A stretch of 64,000 nt of DNA from Candidatus Magasanikbacteria bacterium RIFCSPHIGHO2_01_FULL_33_34 (GTDB taxonomy: Bacteria > Patescibacteriota > Patescibacteriia > Magasanikbacterales > UBA922): NCBI GenBank assembly GCA_001782825.1, contig MFPS01000009.1:122102-186101 (forward strand), read 5' to 3'. The notes under the pieces were generated by a model. That model worked only from the letters and a program-made list of their open reading frames with translations, did not search any database and was not told the DNA's origin. Below are positions 1 to 9,449 of this stretch, piece after piece (the first letter of the stretch is position 1; each line of letters starts with the position of its first letter). The translations under genes and the position numbers were made by a program.

Positions 1-145
1 CCCCATTTCCACAGCCAATCTCCAAGATACTTTTACCTAATATCAATTTAACCAATTTACTAATTAGATTGGCATTTCTAAAATCATTATCTAGTTCATC
101 TAGATCATTATAAATCTCAGCTAATTTTTTATCAGTATTTTCCAT
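1..145 (-). CDS. Class I SAM-dependent methyltransferase, N-terminal part (runs off the left edge of the window)
   Basis: Reverse-strand translation from ATG (reverse complement of 143-145) reads MENTDKKLAEIYNDLDELDNDFRNANLISKLVKLILGKSILEIGCGNG, with the glycine-rich SAM-binding motif I (LEIGCGNG). The frame is still open at position 1. Confidence 0.6.
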   Translation of the reverse strand, partial: MENTDKKLAEIYNDLDELDNDFRNANLISKLVKLILGKSILEIGCGNG

Positions 146-212
146 ATAATATTTATCAATATACCAAGAAAATGATCATAAGTCTATATAAACCAATAAA
201 TCATAAAAATCA

Positions 213-887
213 TTGAAAAAAATACCAATAAATGATAATCTACTATTAAACTCAAAGAAAAATCACATGAATTTAATAAATTTACTCAAAAAAATCCCCC
301 TAGACCTCGGTCAAGGCAACCTAAGAACAACCACAAAAGGCAAGCTAATTGCCTTAAATTTAATTTCTGATGGCCATAACAAAACGGCAATAGATATAGG
401 GTGTAGAGAAGGTGCACAATCAAAATGGCTTGAAAACAAAGGTTATACTGTAACCTCTGTAGATATAGAAAAAGTGTATGAAAAATGCATTATAGTTGAT
501 GTCAATAAACCCTTGCCTTACCAAACAGAAAGTTTTGACTTAATTTGGTGTAGTGAAGTTATTGAACATTTGGATAATCCTGAATTTACCACAAATGAAT
601 TCAGAAGAATCCTAAAACCTAGTGGATCAATGATACTCACAACCCCAAACAGTTATTTTTGGTTACAAATACTGATGAGTATGTTTGGACTAACACCTCA
701 AAAAGTTCAGCGTGATGATCATAAGTTTTTCTTTGATATACATGACATTAAAAAACTTTTTCCAAAAGCAAAGTTATTTGGTTTCTTTCCATATTTTATA
801 TTAAAATTCACAATTACATCTCTACCTTTTATTGGTTTCCTGTCCCCTACATTTGTAATCCACGAAATTAAAGAACAGAATAATTAA
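213..887 (+). CDS. Class I SAM-dependent methyltransferase (Methyltransf_11/25-like)
   Basis: 224 aa. Motif I-like AIDIGCREGAQ and motif LIWCSEVIEHLDNP, typical of small-molecule/lipid SAM methyltransferases. Confidence 0.7.
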   Translation: MKKIPINDNLLLNSKKNHMNLINLLKKIPLDLGQGNLRTTTKGKLIALNLISDGHNKTAIDIGCREGAQSKWLENKGYTVTSVDIEKVYEKCIIVDVNKPLPYQTESFDLIWCSEVIEHLDNPEFTTNEFRRILKPSGSMILTTPNSYFWLQILMSMFGLTPQKVQRDDHKFFFDIHDIKKLFPKAKLFGFFPYFILKFTITSLPFIGFLSPTFVIHEIKEQNN

Positions 888-889
888 AT

Positions 890-1831
890 ATGAAAATCTC
901 CATTATAGTGCCAGTTTATAATGAAAAAGAAAATCTTGATATATTTTTGGAAGAATTGCAATTTTCTTTTACAAAACAAGAGGTTGAAAAAGAAGTGATT
1001 TTTATTGATGATGGCTCAACTGATGGCAGTACAAAAATCATAAAAAAACTTACAGAAAGTGATCCATCAGTAAAAGCGATTATTTTCAAAATTAATCATG
1101 GTCAAACAGCAGCTATGTCTGCTGGCATAAAATTTGCAACCGGAGATATTATTATACCAATGGATGCTGATCTACAAAATGACCCTGCAGATATTTGGCC
1201 ATTGGTTGATAAACTAAATGAAGGCTATGATCTAGTATCTGGTTGGCGCAAAAATCGCAAGGATAAATTTATCAGCAGAAGACTACCTTCTATACTTGCA
1301 AACAAACTAATATCCTATGTTACTGATGTCAATCTTCATGATTATGGCTGTACCATCAAGGCTTACAAAAAAAATATAATTGATGATGTAAATTTGTATG
1401 GTGAAATGCATCGTTTTATCCCTATATATATCAAACAACTCGGTGGCAAAATAACAGAAATAGTCGTCAATCACCGAGAAAGAAAATATGGCAAATCAAA
1501 ATATGGCATTGGACGAGTATCCAGAGTAATGTTAGATCTTCTTGTAGTAAAATTTTTAAATAACTATATTACCAAACCAATCCATTTCTTTGGTGGCGCC
1601 GGAGTTCTTTCATTCTTACTCGGTATGGCATCCTTTACAATTGCTTTGGTTTTGAAATTTAGTGGCTATGCATCCCTAAACAGAACCCCTCTACCATTAA
1701 TCGGAGTATTCTTTTCTTTGATTGGCTTCCAATTAATATTGATGGGATTGCTTGCAGAAATAATAATGAGAAATTATTTTGAATCAAATAATAAAACAAC
1801 CTACTTAATTAAAGAAAAATTAAATCTTTAA
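890..1831 (+). CDS. GT2-family polyprenyl-phosphate glycosyltransferase (DPM1/GtrB/CsbB-like) with two C-terminal TM helices
   Basis: N-terminus IIVPVYNEKENL...FIDDGSTDGST and a DAD motif. C-terminal hydrophobic helices as in GtrB/ArnC-type enzymes. Confidence 0.85.
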   Translation: MKISIIVPVYNEKENLDIFLEELQFSFTKQEVEKEVIFIDDGSTDGSTKIIKKLTESDPSVKAIIFKINHGQTAAMSAGIKFATGDIIIPMDADLQNDPADIWPLVDKLNEGYDLVSGWRKNRKDKFISRRLPSILANKLISYVTDVNLHDYGCTIKAYKKNIIDDVNLYGEMHRFIPIYIKQLGGKITEIVVNHRERKYGKSKYGIGRVSRVMLDLLVVKFLNNYITKPIHFFGGAGVLSFLLGMASFTIALVLKFSGYASLNRTPLPLIGVFFSLIGFQLILMGLLAEIIMRNYFESNNKTTYLIKEKLNL

Positions 1832-1842
1832 TTTTTAAAAAA

Positions 1843-3153
1843 GTGATAATTATCACTTTTGCTGAACTCTCTATGACCTCAAGATTATTTAAATTAATAA
1901 AATCAAAAGAATTTTTAGTTTTTATAATTGCTTTTTTTATCATCACCATCTTCCAAACCAATTTTATTACCGATCTATCAGCTTCACGCATAATGACTAT
2001 TCAAGCCTTGATTGAACACAATACTTTTGCTATTGATGATATTGAATTTTTTAAAACTATAGACAAAATTTACTACAATGGTCATTTTTATTCTTCCAAA
2101 CCACCTTTTATATCCATAATTGGCGCTGGCGCATATTTTTTGTATAGATTATTTACTGGCAATGAATTTGGTCTACCTGCCTACTTTGTAATAAAATTGT
2201 TTACCGTTATTTTACCATTTTCCCTACTCCTTCTCTTCTTCTACAAATCACTTCAATGGCAAGACATACCAAAAACTATCAGATTTATTATTCCATTCTT
2301 ACTTGGTTTTGCGACAATTTTATTTCCTTATTCTGTAATATTACAAAACCATACAATGTCTACTTTTTTAATTTTCTTGAGCTTTTACTGCATACTAAAA
2401 AATAAATTAAATGGTTACAAAAAATATTTAATTTTTTTGTCAGGCCTATTTGCCTCATTATCTGTCACAACAGAATTTGTTCAATCATCATTAATTCTCT
2501 TTGTATTTTCCCTTTATTTAATTTTTACTTTGAAACAAAAAAGTGATATAAAATGGTTTTTGTTAGGATGCGCGCCAATCGCTATTTTATATATTATCTA
2601 CAATTTACATACAAACGGTTCATTTTTACCACCCTACGCAAATTTTGATTCTCTTTATGGTTATGAAGATTCCTATTGGAAAAATCCTACTGGCATTGAT
2701 GCCTATGATCACCCAAAATGGTTATACTTTTTTAATATTCTTTTTGGCACCCATGGTTTATTCATCTATAGTCCTATTCTTATTTTTGGTTTTATTGGGC
2801 TATACAAAACTATCAAAGACAAGACCAATCAATTACATGATATTGCCATAATGCTTGGTGCGTCTATTGTCCTTGTAATATTTATGATCGGTTTTTTTAC
2901 CTACAACTATGGTGGCACCACATTTGGTATGCGTTGGCTTATTATTATCTACCCATTAATCATGTTTTTTATGGCAACCACCATTTCAAAAATTAAAAAA
3001 CCGCAGTATATTATAATTTTGTCTTTTATAATCATATTGAGCATATTATTAAATTACTCTGGTATGCACCACAAATGGTTTTTAACCGAATTTACAATAA
3101 ATGGTATTCAAATGGCCTCTCCACTGCTGGATATTATTAGAATTAATTTTTAA
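1843..3153 (+). CDS. GT-C fold integral-membrane glycosyltransferase (ArnT/PMT/YkcB-like)
   Basis: 436 aa, about 11 TM helices. First-loop acidic motif AIDDIEF and a SSKPPF (KPP) motif characteristic of GT39/GT83-type enzymes. Immediately follows the GT2 gene, as in GtrB/GtrC or YkcC/YkcB pairs. Confidence 0.6.
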   Translation: MIIITFAELSMTSRLFKLIKSKEFLVFIIAFFIITIFQTNFITDLSASRIMTIQALIEHNTFAIDDIEFFKTIDKIYYNGHFYSSKPPFISIIGAGAYFLYRLFTGNEFGLPAYFVIKLFTVILPFSLLLLFFYKSLQWQDIPKTIRFIIPFLLGFATILFPYSVILQNHTMSTFLIFLSFYCILKNKLNGYKKYLIFLSGLFASLSVTTEFVQSSLILFVFSLYLIFTLKQKSDIKWFLLGCAPIAILYIIYNLHTNGSFLPPYANFDSLYGYEDSYWKNPTGIDAYDHPKWLYFFNILFGTHGLFIYSPILIFGFIGLYKTIKDKTNQLHDIAIMLGASIVLVIFMIGFFTYNYGGTTFGMRWLIIIYPLIMFFMATTISKIKKPQYIIILSFIIILSILLNYSGMHHKWFLTEFTINGIQMASPLLDIIRINF

Positions 3154-3243
3154 TTTATTACCATTGAAAAAACTATCGCAAAATGATATTCTATAATAAC
3201 TTATATAAAAAATATAGAATTAATTATAGTATAACAAAAGTTT

Positions 3244-3356
3244 GATAATTATCTTTTTTACGGATTTGGTTGTCACAACAGACAACCACCTCGGAGCCAC
3301 AGCGAGAATCCTGCCTGCCGGCAGGCAGGGAGTAAAAACAAATAATTGAAATTAAT
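3244..3356 (+). repeat. Nested-hairpin repeat element, copy 1 (carries an extra GC-rich perfect palindrome CCTGCCTGCCGGCAGGCAGG)
   Basis: Shares the core ACGGATTTGGTTG(t/c)CACAACAG(a/g)CAACCACCTCGGAGCCACAGCGAGAAT...GAGTAAAAACAAATAATT with copies at 19461, 22513 and 23930, flanked by long inverted repeats. Confidence 0.7.
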
Positions 3357-3405
3357 GAAATCATGATTGAAAATATAAACAAAACTATTCTAGTTTACAA
3401 ATCAT

Positions 3406-4353
3406 ATGAAAAAAAACATACTCCTATCTGGCTCACTCGCATACGACTATATAATGGACTTTCCAGATAGCTTCAAAAACCATATCCTTCCTGATCACCT
3501 ACATATATTAAATGTATGTTTTATGGTTGACAAATTAGAAAAAAACTATGGTGGTACAGCCGGTAATATTGCTTACAACATAAAATTGCTTGGCGGTGAA
3601 CCATTGATCTTATGTCCTCTAGGCAAAGATGGTGATGACTACAAAAAATACCTAAAAAATCTGAATATCAATACAAACTACATATCAGAAACAAAAGAAA
3701 AAATGACTAGCGCTGCCCATATCACCACTGACAAAGACAACAACCAAATCACTGCCTTTTACAATGGGGCTCTTGCTGAAGCTACCAAATTAAATATATC
3801 TGATATCAAAGATGAATTTGATATAGTCCTAATTTCCCCTACCCAAAAAGAAGCCATGATAAAACATGCGCACGAATGTTATGATCAAAAAATTAAATTT
3901 GTGTTTGATCCAGGTCAACAAATAACGGCCTTTGACCAGCAAGAAATGTTGATGATGCTCGGTATGGCAAATTTCCTTATTGCTAACGATTATGAAATCA
4001 AATTAATTGCCAATATAACCAATCTAACAGAACAAGATATTATAAAAAAAGTAGATATAATGATAAAAACTCTTGGCAGTGATGGCTCGGTTATTTATAC
4101 AAAAGATGAACTAATCAAGATAAATCCATGTCCAGCTAATTCAGTAGAAGATCCAACTGGCGCGGGAGACGCATATCGGGCAGGATTTTTTACAGCTCTA
4201 TCCCAAGACCGTGACTATGAAACTTGTGGACAGATTGCTAGTGTTTCAGCCACTTATGCTATTGAACAATACGGTACTCAAAATCATACTTATAACAAAA
4301 AAGGATTTGAGGAAAGATTTTTTAATACTTATAATAAAAAAATAATTTTGTAA
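3406..4353 (+). CDS. PfkB-family carbohydrate/nucleoside kinase (ribokinase/adenosine kinase-like)
   Basis: 315 aa. C-terminal PfkB signature DPTGAGDAYRAGF, plus GG-dipeptide and NxxE regions. Confidence 0.8.
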   Translation: MKKNILLSGSLAYDYIMDFPDSFKNHILPDHLHILNVCFMVDKLEKNYGGTAGNIAYNIKLLGGEPLILCPLGKDGDDYKKYLKNLNINTNYISETKEKMTSAAHITTDKDNNQITAFYNGALAEATKLNISDIKDEFDIVLISPTQKEAMIKHAHECYDQKIKFVFDPGQQITAFDQQEMLMMLGMANFLIANDYEIKLIANITNLTEQDIIKKVDIMIKTLGSDGSVIYTKDELIKINPCPANSVEDPTGAGDAYRAGFFTALSQDRDYETCGQIASVSATYAIEQYGTQNHTYNKKGFEERFFNTYNKKIIL

Positions 4354-4354
4354 T

Positions 4355-5311
4355 ATGTTAATCCCAATCATTTTAATCATAATTGGACTTACTATTCTAA
4401 TTATAGGTGGTGAGCTAGTAGTGCGCGGTTCAGCTTCTATAGCAAAAAAATTAGGTGTCAAACCGATTGTTATTGGTTTAACTGTAGTAGCTTTTGGCAC
4501 TTCTGCCCCTGAATTAGTTGTAAATATATTCTCAGCTTTAAGAGGCACACCTGATATTGCTATTGGGAATGTGGTGGGCAGTAATATTGCCAATATTTTA
4601 TTAATCCTTGGTATCTGTGCCTTAATTAGACCACTAAAAGTATCTATAGGCACAGTTTGGAAAGAAGTCCCACTGGCACTACTTGCTGTAATTTTAATTT
4701 TATTTTTGGGTAATGATGCTTTTACTGATGGTATGAATTTTAATTTATTATCTCGTACAGACGGTTTTGCCTTAATTGCATTTTTTATTATATTTTTATA
4801 TTATACTTTTGGTATTTCCAAAGTTGAAAATAAAGGAAGTGAAGAAATTGCCAAATATTCTTGGACTATTTCTATCCTTTTAACCTTGTTGGGTTTTGCT
4901 GGATTAGTTTTGGGTGGAAAACTGCTGATTGATAATGCCATAATTTTGGCTACAATTGCTGGTATGTCTGAGGCTCTGATTGGTCTCACTATAGTAGCGA
5001 TAGGGACTTCCCTACCAGAACTGGTCACCTCGCTGATTGCCGTTCGTCACGGCCACGATGATATTGCTATTGGCAACATTGTTGGCTCTAATATTTTTAA
5101 TATATTTTGGATTTTAGGCCTAACAGCAACCTTACTACCACTACCATTTAACCCAGCAGTAAATTTGGACATTGCCATAAATATTTTTGCTACTTTATTA
5201 TTATTTATTTTCATGTTTATACATAGCCGACACAAACTTAATCGCTGGCAAGGTGGTTTAATGTTACTATCATATATAGCTTATATTATATATTTAATTT
5301 ACCGTGGTTAA
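4355..5311 (+). CDS. Ca2+:cation antiporter (CaCA family, YrbG-like)
   Basis: 318 aa polytopic membrane protein with the two alpha-repeat signatures GTSAPELVV and GTSLPELVTS. Confidence 0.8.
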   Translation: MLIPIILIIIGLTILIIGGELVVRGSASIAKKLGVKPIVIGLTVVAFGTSAPELVVNIFSALRGTPDIAIGNVVGSNIANILLILGICALIRPLKVSIGTVWKEVPLALLAVILILFLGNDAFTDGMNFNLLSRTDGFALIAFFIIFLYYTFGISKVENKGSEEIAKYSWTISILLTLLGFAGLVLGGKLLIDNAIILATIAGMSEALIGLTIVAIGTSLPELVTSLIAVRHGHDDIAIGNIVGSNIFNIFWILGLTATLLPLPFNPAVNLDIAINIFATLLLFIFMFIHSRHKLNRWQGGLMLLSYIAYIIYLIYRG

Positions 5312-5316
5312 ATTCT

Positions 5317-5895
5317 ATGTGGAATTGGATAAAAAAATACCCTTACAGCTTAATCTTTATATTATCAATTATCCTTGCAATTATTTTATATTTTCTAGGA
5401 ATAATAGACTTGATAGTTTTAACTTTAGGGCCACTTGGTTATATAGGCGCTTTTTTAGCCGGGATGTTTTTTTCTACAAGTTTTGGCGGAGCAATAGGCG
5501 CATTATTCTTATTAGATTTAGGAGCCACTCTTAACCCTTATTTAGTAATAATATTAGGTGGTTTAGGAGCTATGTCTATGGACTTATTAATCTACAAATT
5601 AATAAAAGATCATCTTTTTCAAGAAATAAAAATTGGCCTTGCCTTTCTTGTTACAAACAAAAACAGAGAAAAACTAGAGTTGATATCTAGAAAAAGATTT
5701 TTTTTATGGGGCGTGCCATTTCTAGCCAGCTTTTTTATTGCATCGCCTTTGCCGGATGAAATTGGTGTATCACTATTTAGCATAATCAATTTTAAACCAA
5801 AATATCTCTCTGTTATTACTTTCATATTAAATACTTTAGGTATTTTTATTATAGTAATGCTAGGACACTCGGTAATCAATTTAAATCAATTATAA
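5317..5895 (+). CDS. Hypothetical integral membrane protein
   Basis: 192 aa, 4-5 predicted TM helices. No recognisable motif. Confidence 0.55.
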   Translation: MWNWIKKYPYSLIFILSIILAIILYFLGIIDLIVLTLGPLGYIGAFLAGMFFSTSFGGAIGALFLLDLGATLNPYLVIILGGLGAMSMDLLIYKLIKDHLFQEIKIGLAFLVTNKNREKLELISRKRFFLWGVPFLASFFIASPLPDEIGVSLFSIINFKPKYLSVITFILNTLGIFIIVMLGHSVINLNQL

Positions 5896-5908
5896 TTTAA
5901 AATTAAAT

Positions 5909-7309
5909 ATGAATTACAAAGTAAAAGATCTTAATTTATCTGATTGGGGAAGAAAAGAAATTTCAATTGCCGAGCACGAAATGCCCGGCCTTATGTCTCT
6001 GCGTGAAAAATACTCCAATGAAAAACCCCTCAAAGATGTAAAAATAATGGGTTCACTTCACATGACTATCCAGACCGCAGTATTGATTGAAACATTGGTA
6101 GAACTGGGTGCAGAAGTACGCTGGGCTAGTTGTAATATATTTTCTACCCAAGATCACGCAGCCGCAGCCATTGCCAAAGTTGGTATACCAGTATTTGCTT
6201 GGAAAGGTGAAAATCTAGAAGAATATTGGTGGTGTACTGAGCGCGCTCTTGATTTTGGTGAAGGAGTTGGTCCTGATATGATAGTAGACGATGGATCTGA
6301 TGCCACTTTACTTGTTCACAAAGGAGTTGAAATTGAAGCCAATCCAACTATTCTTGAAGAGGATTACACTAACAAGGGAGAAGATATGCGAGAATTAATG
6401 AAACTCCTCAAAACAGAATTCAACAAAAATCCAAAACGCTGGACTAATGTATCCAAGAAAATAAAAGGTGTTTCAGAAGAAACCACAACCGGCGTTCACC
6501 GACTCTACCAACTCCACAAAGAAAACAAATTGCTCTTCCCTGCCATCAATGTTAATGACTCTGTTACAAAAAGCAAATTTGATAATGTCTATGGTTGTCG
6601 TCACTCTGTAATTGATGGACTCAACCGCGCCCTAGATGTCATGCTCGGTGGCAAGACTGCAGTTATTTGTGGTTATGGTGATGTTGGCAAAGGCTGTGCC
6701 CAAGCACTCAAAGGACAAGGCTGTCGCGTAATTGTCACAGAGATTGATCCTATCTGCGCCCTTCAAGCAACTATGGAAGGACACGAGGTCACAACCGTTG
6801 AAGACACACTCGGTCGAGCTGATATTTATGTGACAACTACTGGCAACAAAGATATTATCCGAGTTGAACATATGGAAAAAATGAAAGATCAAGCAGTAGT
6901 TTGTAATATTGGCCACTTTGATAATGAAATCCAAATTGAACCATTAAACGCTCGCGCTGATATCAAAAAATTAAATATAAAACCCCAAGTAGACAAATAC
7001 ACTTTCCCCTCAGGCAATGAAATTTTCATGCTAGCAGAAGGAAGACTGATGAATCTAGGTTGTGCCACCGGCCACCCAAGTTTTGTAATGAGCAATTCCT
7101 TTACCAATCAAGTCCTAGCCCAACTAGAATTATGGAAAAACAATTATGAAATTGGCGTCCACACATTACCAAAAAAACTAGACGAAGAAGTCGCTCGATT
7201 ACACCTCGCAAAGATTGGAGTCAAACTAACCAAGCTTAACCAAGAGCAAGCTGATTATCTAGGTATAAAAATTGAAGGTCCATACAAACCAGATCATTAC
7301 CGATACTAA
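5909..7309 (+). CDS. ahcY: Adenosylhomocysteinase (S-adenosyl-L-homocysteine hydrolase)
   Basis: 466 aa. N-terminus [27 protein letters not shown] and an NAD-binding [10 protein letters not shown] motif. Full-length SAHH architecture. Confidence 0.95.
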   Translation: MNYKVKDLNLSDWGRKEISIAEHEMPGLMSLREKYSNEKPLKDVKIMGSLHMTIQTAVLIETLVELGAEVRWASCNIFSTQDHAAAAIAKVGIPVFAWKGENLEEYWWCTERALDFGEGVGPDMIVDDGSDATLLVHKGVEIEANPTILEEDYTNKGEDMRELMKLLKTEFNKNPKRWTNVSKKIKGVSEETTTGVHRLYQLHKENKLLFPAINVNDSVTKSKFDNVYGCRHSVIDGLNRALDVMLGGKTAVICGYGDVGKGCAQALKGQGCRVIVTEIDPICALQATMEGHEVTTVEDTLGRADIYVTTTGNKDIIRVEHMEKMKDQAVVCNIGHFDNEIQIEPLNARADIKKLNIKPQVDKYTFPSGNEIFMLAEGRLMNLGCATGHPSFVMSNSFTNQVLAQLELWKNNYEIGVHTLPKKLDEEVARLHLAKIGVKLTKLNQEQADYLGIKIEGPYKPDHYRY

Positions 7310-7315
7310 ATCAAA

Positions 7316-7345
7316 AGACCGTCCATACAAGACGGTTTTTTGATT
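7316..7345 (+). terminator. Rho-independent terminator after ahcY
   Basis: AAAAGACCGTCCATACAAGACGGTTTTTTGA: GC stem GACCGTC/GACGGT followed by a T-run. Confidence 0.7.
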
Positions 7346-7439
7346 TATATAATTAAATTTAATTATATTACTATTGACAAAAATATTATTTTGTGATTAT
7401 ATTGATTTACTCTTTAACCGAAATTTCCTCGGCAGAGCA

Positions 7440-7745
7440 AAGGGGTTTAAAATGCCAAACATCAGAACCGTTGAAGTTCACATCAAAAACGAAGTGATCG
7501 ATACAATACGAGCAATACAACAAAGAACAATGCTAGTTGGCATAGATTCCGACATCCTCCGCCAGGGGGCATATCTCCTGCTGGAGGTGTTGCAAAAAAG
7601 CCAAAACGGAAACTCGGTTTCCGTTTCGATGGATCAATACGGCTCCTTCTCAGTGGAGCCCATTCCAAAACCCTAACCACACCCCCGACCACAGACCGCC
7701 TCGGCATCTGTACTGGTCGGGGTCAAACAAAAGCAACTCATAATG
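7440..7745. other. GC-rich, hairpin-dense island: candidate structured ncRNA (an alternative small ORF 7452-7676 is possible)
   Basis: GC content far above the local background. At least four strong stems: CCTCCGCCAGG..CCTGCTGGAGG, AACGGAAAC-TCG-GTTTCCGTT (9 bp perfect), GGCTCC..GGAGCC, and CCGACCA..TGGTCGG. Both strands lack stop codons, as expected for a GC island in an AT-rich genome. Confidence 0.3.
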
Positions 7746-7767
7746 GGTTGTTTTTGTTTTATTTATT

Positions 7768-8370
7768 TTGAATAATCATCTTGAAAAATTACTCCAAATA
7801 TGCTATGCTCTAGATATGAAAAAAGCTAAATTTGGAAAATTAAAACCTAAATACAAAGGAAAAATATTCTCAATCTCACAAAGAGAAATAACTTTTCCTG
7901 ATGGAGTAACCGAAACTTATGAATACTGCAAACGCGCACCAAGTGTCAGTGTTTTGGCTTTTAATGAAAAAAATGAAATCTTGATGATAAAAGAGCGTCG
8001 ACATGGTTACCATAAAAATATATGGTTTTTGCCTGGTGGCCGAGCTGATCAACCAAAAGATACTCCCCGCACAGCTGCTCTACGAGAACTAGAGGAAGAG
8101 GCCGGTTACAAAGCCAAACAAATAAAAATGATCCACAAAAAATCTCCTAGTAATACTTTGTTATGGGATATATACATTTTTTATGCCACCGACCTAAAAT
8201 TTGTGGGGAATCACCCCGAACGAGGTGAACATATTGAGAGTACTCAATTTATCCCATTTAAAAAGGCCGTAAAAATGGCGCTGGATGGTACGATTGAAAA
8301 TGAATTTATCTCTTACAATATAATCCGTTTTGACCAAATGCTCAAAAATAAAAAATTTAAAATAAAATAA
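7768..8370 (+). CDS. NUDIX hydrolase (ADP-ribose pyrophosphatase-like)
   Basis: Nudix box GGRADQPKDTPRTAALRELEEEAGY (GX5EX7REUXEEXGU). An alternative start is at 7816 (MKKAKF). Confidence 0.85.
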   Translation: MNNHLEKLLQICYALDMKKAKFGKLKPKYKGKIFSISQREITFPDGVTETYEYCKRAPSVSVLAFNEKNEILMIKERRHGYHKNIWFLPGGRADQPKDTPRTAALRELEEEAGYKAKQIKMIHKKSPSNTLLWDIYIFYATDLKFVGNHPERGEHIESTQFIPFKKAVKMALDGTIENEFISYNIIRFDQMLKNKKFKIK

Positions 8371-8372
8371 TT

Positions 8373-9119
8373 ATGGAAGTACGATTACAAAAACAAATGG
8401 CTGACTTGGGAATATGCTCTCGTAGAAAAGCAGAAATTTTGATTGCTGAAGGCAAAGTAAAAGTAAATGGTAAAATCATAAAAAAACTTGGAACAAAAGT
8501 AAATTCTGAAAAAGATAAAATTGAAGTTATAGACACAAAAATAAAAACAAATGTAGACAATAAAACCAAAGTATATATTGCGCTAAACAAACCAATAGAC
8601 TATATCAGCTCAGCTAGCAATGAACAAGGTCAAACAGTTTTAGACTTATTGAATCCAGAAAACAATGTTGGAAAATTCAAAAAACTACTAACTGCTCGCG
8701 TATATCCTGTAGGCAGATTAGACAAAGATTCTGAAGGTTTGATTCTACTCACCAATGATGGTGAACTGACAAATGAACTCACCCACCCTAGCAATGAACA
8801 CGAAAAAGAATATGAAGTGATTATCAATCATCCATTATCCCGTGATTCCAAAAAAGTGTTAGAATCTGGAATGAATGTTGATGGTGAACATTATAACGGT
8901 ATAGAAGTAAAAAAAGAATTCAACAAAGGCAGACAAACAATTGTAACTGTTGTGCTAAAAGAAGGAAAAAATAGACAAATTAGAAAAATGTTTGGACGAC
9001 TTGGTTACAATGTCTCAACTCTACGACGTATACGACTAGGTAAATTAAAACTAGGAACATTACCTATTGGTAAATGGAAACTTGTCAAAAAAGAAGATAT
9101 TATATATAATAAATTGTAA
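8373..9119 (+). CDS. rRNA pseudouridine synthase, RsuA/RluB family
   Basis: N-terminal S4 domain (LQKQMADLGICSRRKAEILIAEGKVKVNGK) and catalytic motif YPVGRLDKDSEGLILLTNDG. Confidence 0.85.
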   Translation: MEVRLQKQMADLGICSRRKAEILIAEGKVKVNGKIIKKLGTKVNSEKDKIEVIDTKIKTNVDNKTKVYIALNKPIDYISSASNEQGQTVLDLLNPENNVGKFKKLLTARVYPVGRLDKDSEGLILLTNDGELTNELTHPSNEHEKEYEVIINHPLSRDSKKVLESGMNVDGEHYNGIEVKKEFNKGRQTIVTVVLKEGKNRQIRKMFGRLGYNVSTLRRIRLGKLKLGTLPIGKWKLVKKEDIIYNKL

Positions 9120-9142
9120 TATTATTTTTAACAATAAAATAT

Positions 9143-9355
9143 ATGAATGGAGAAAAATTTGAAGGTCTAAGTAACTTATCCGAAGAAGAACTAAACAACG
9201 CAATTAACGCACCAATAGCAGAAGCTGGCGCAGAACATGAAAATCCAGATAAATTAGAAGGCTTAACAGATGAAGATGTTGGTGCCGGTCTAAGCGATTT
9301 AGAAATGGATAGACAACAAGATGCAAATGAAAGAGAAGATGAAGAAACTAGTTAG
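9143..9355 (+). CDS. Small acidic hypothetical protein
   Basis: 70 aa, Glu/Asp-rich. Followed by a strong terminator. Confidence 0.45.
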   Translation: MNGEKFEGLSNLSEEELNNAINAPIAEAGAEHENPDKLEGLTDEDVGAGLSDLEMDRQQDANEREDEETS

Positions 9356-9368
9356 AAAAATTATATAA

Positions 9369-9400
9369 CAACCCCCGTTTTTGCGGGGGTTTGTTATTTT
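9369..9400 (+). terminator. Rho-independent terminator
   Basis: ACCCCCG-TTTTT-GCGGGGGT followed by TTGTTATTTT. Confidence 0.75.
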
Positions 9401-9449
9401 GTAATAAAAAATGCTATAATAGTATTATTAGCTTTTCAAAATTTTTAAT

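Noticed and set aside
7400-7745. Assignment of the GC-rich island to RNase P RNA, tmRNA, SRP RNA or 6S RNA
   Set aside because: No convincing match to conserved motifs by eye (P4 GGAAAGUCCGG, tmRNA T-arm/ACCA, SRP domain IV GGAA tetraloop). A reverse-strand GAGGAAAUUUCGG partial match at 7425-7437 is in the wrong position for RNase P. The region is left unassigned.
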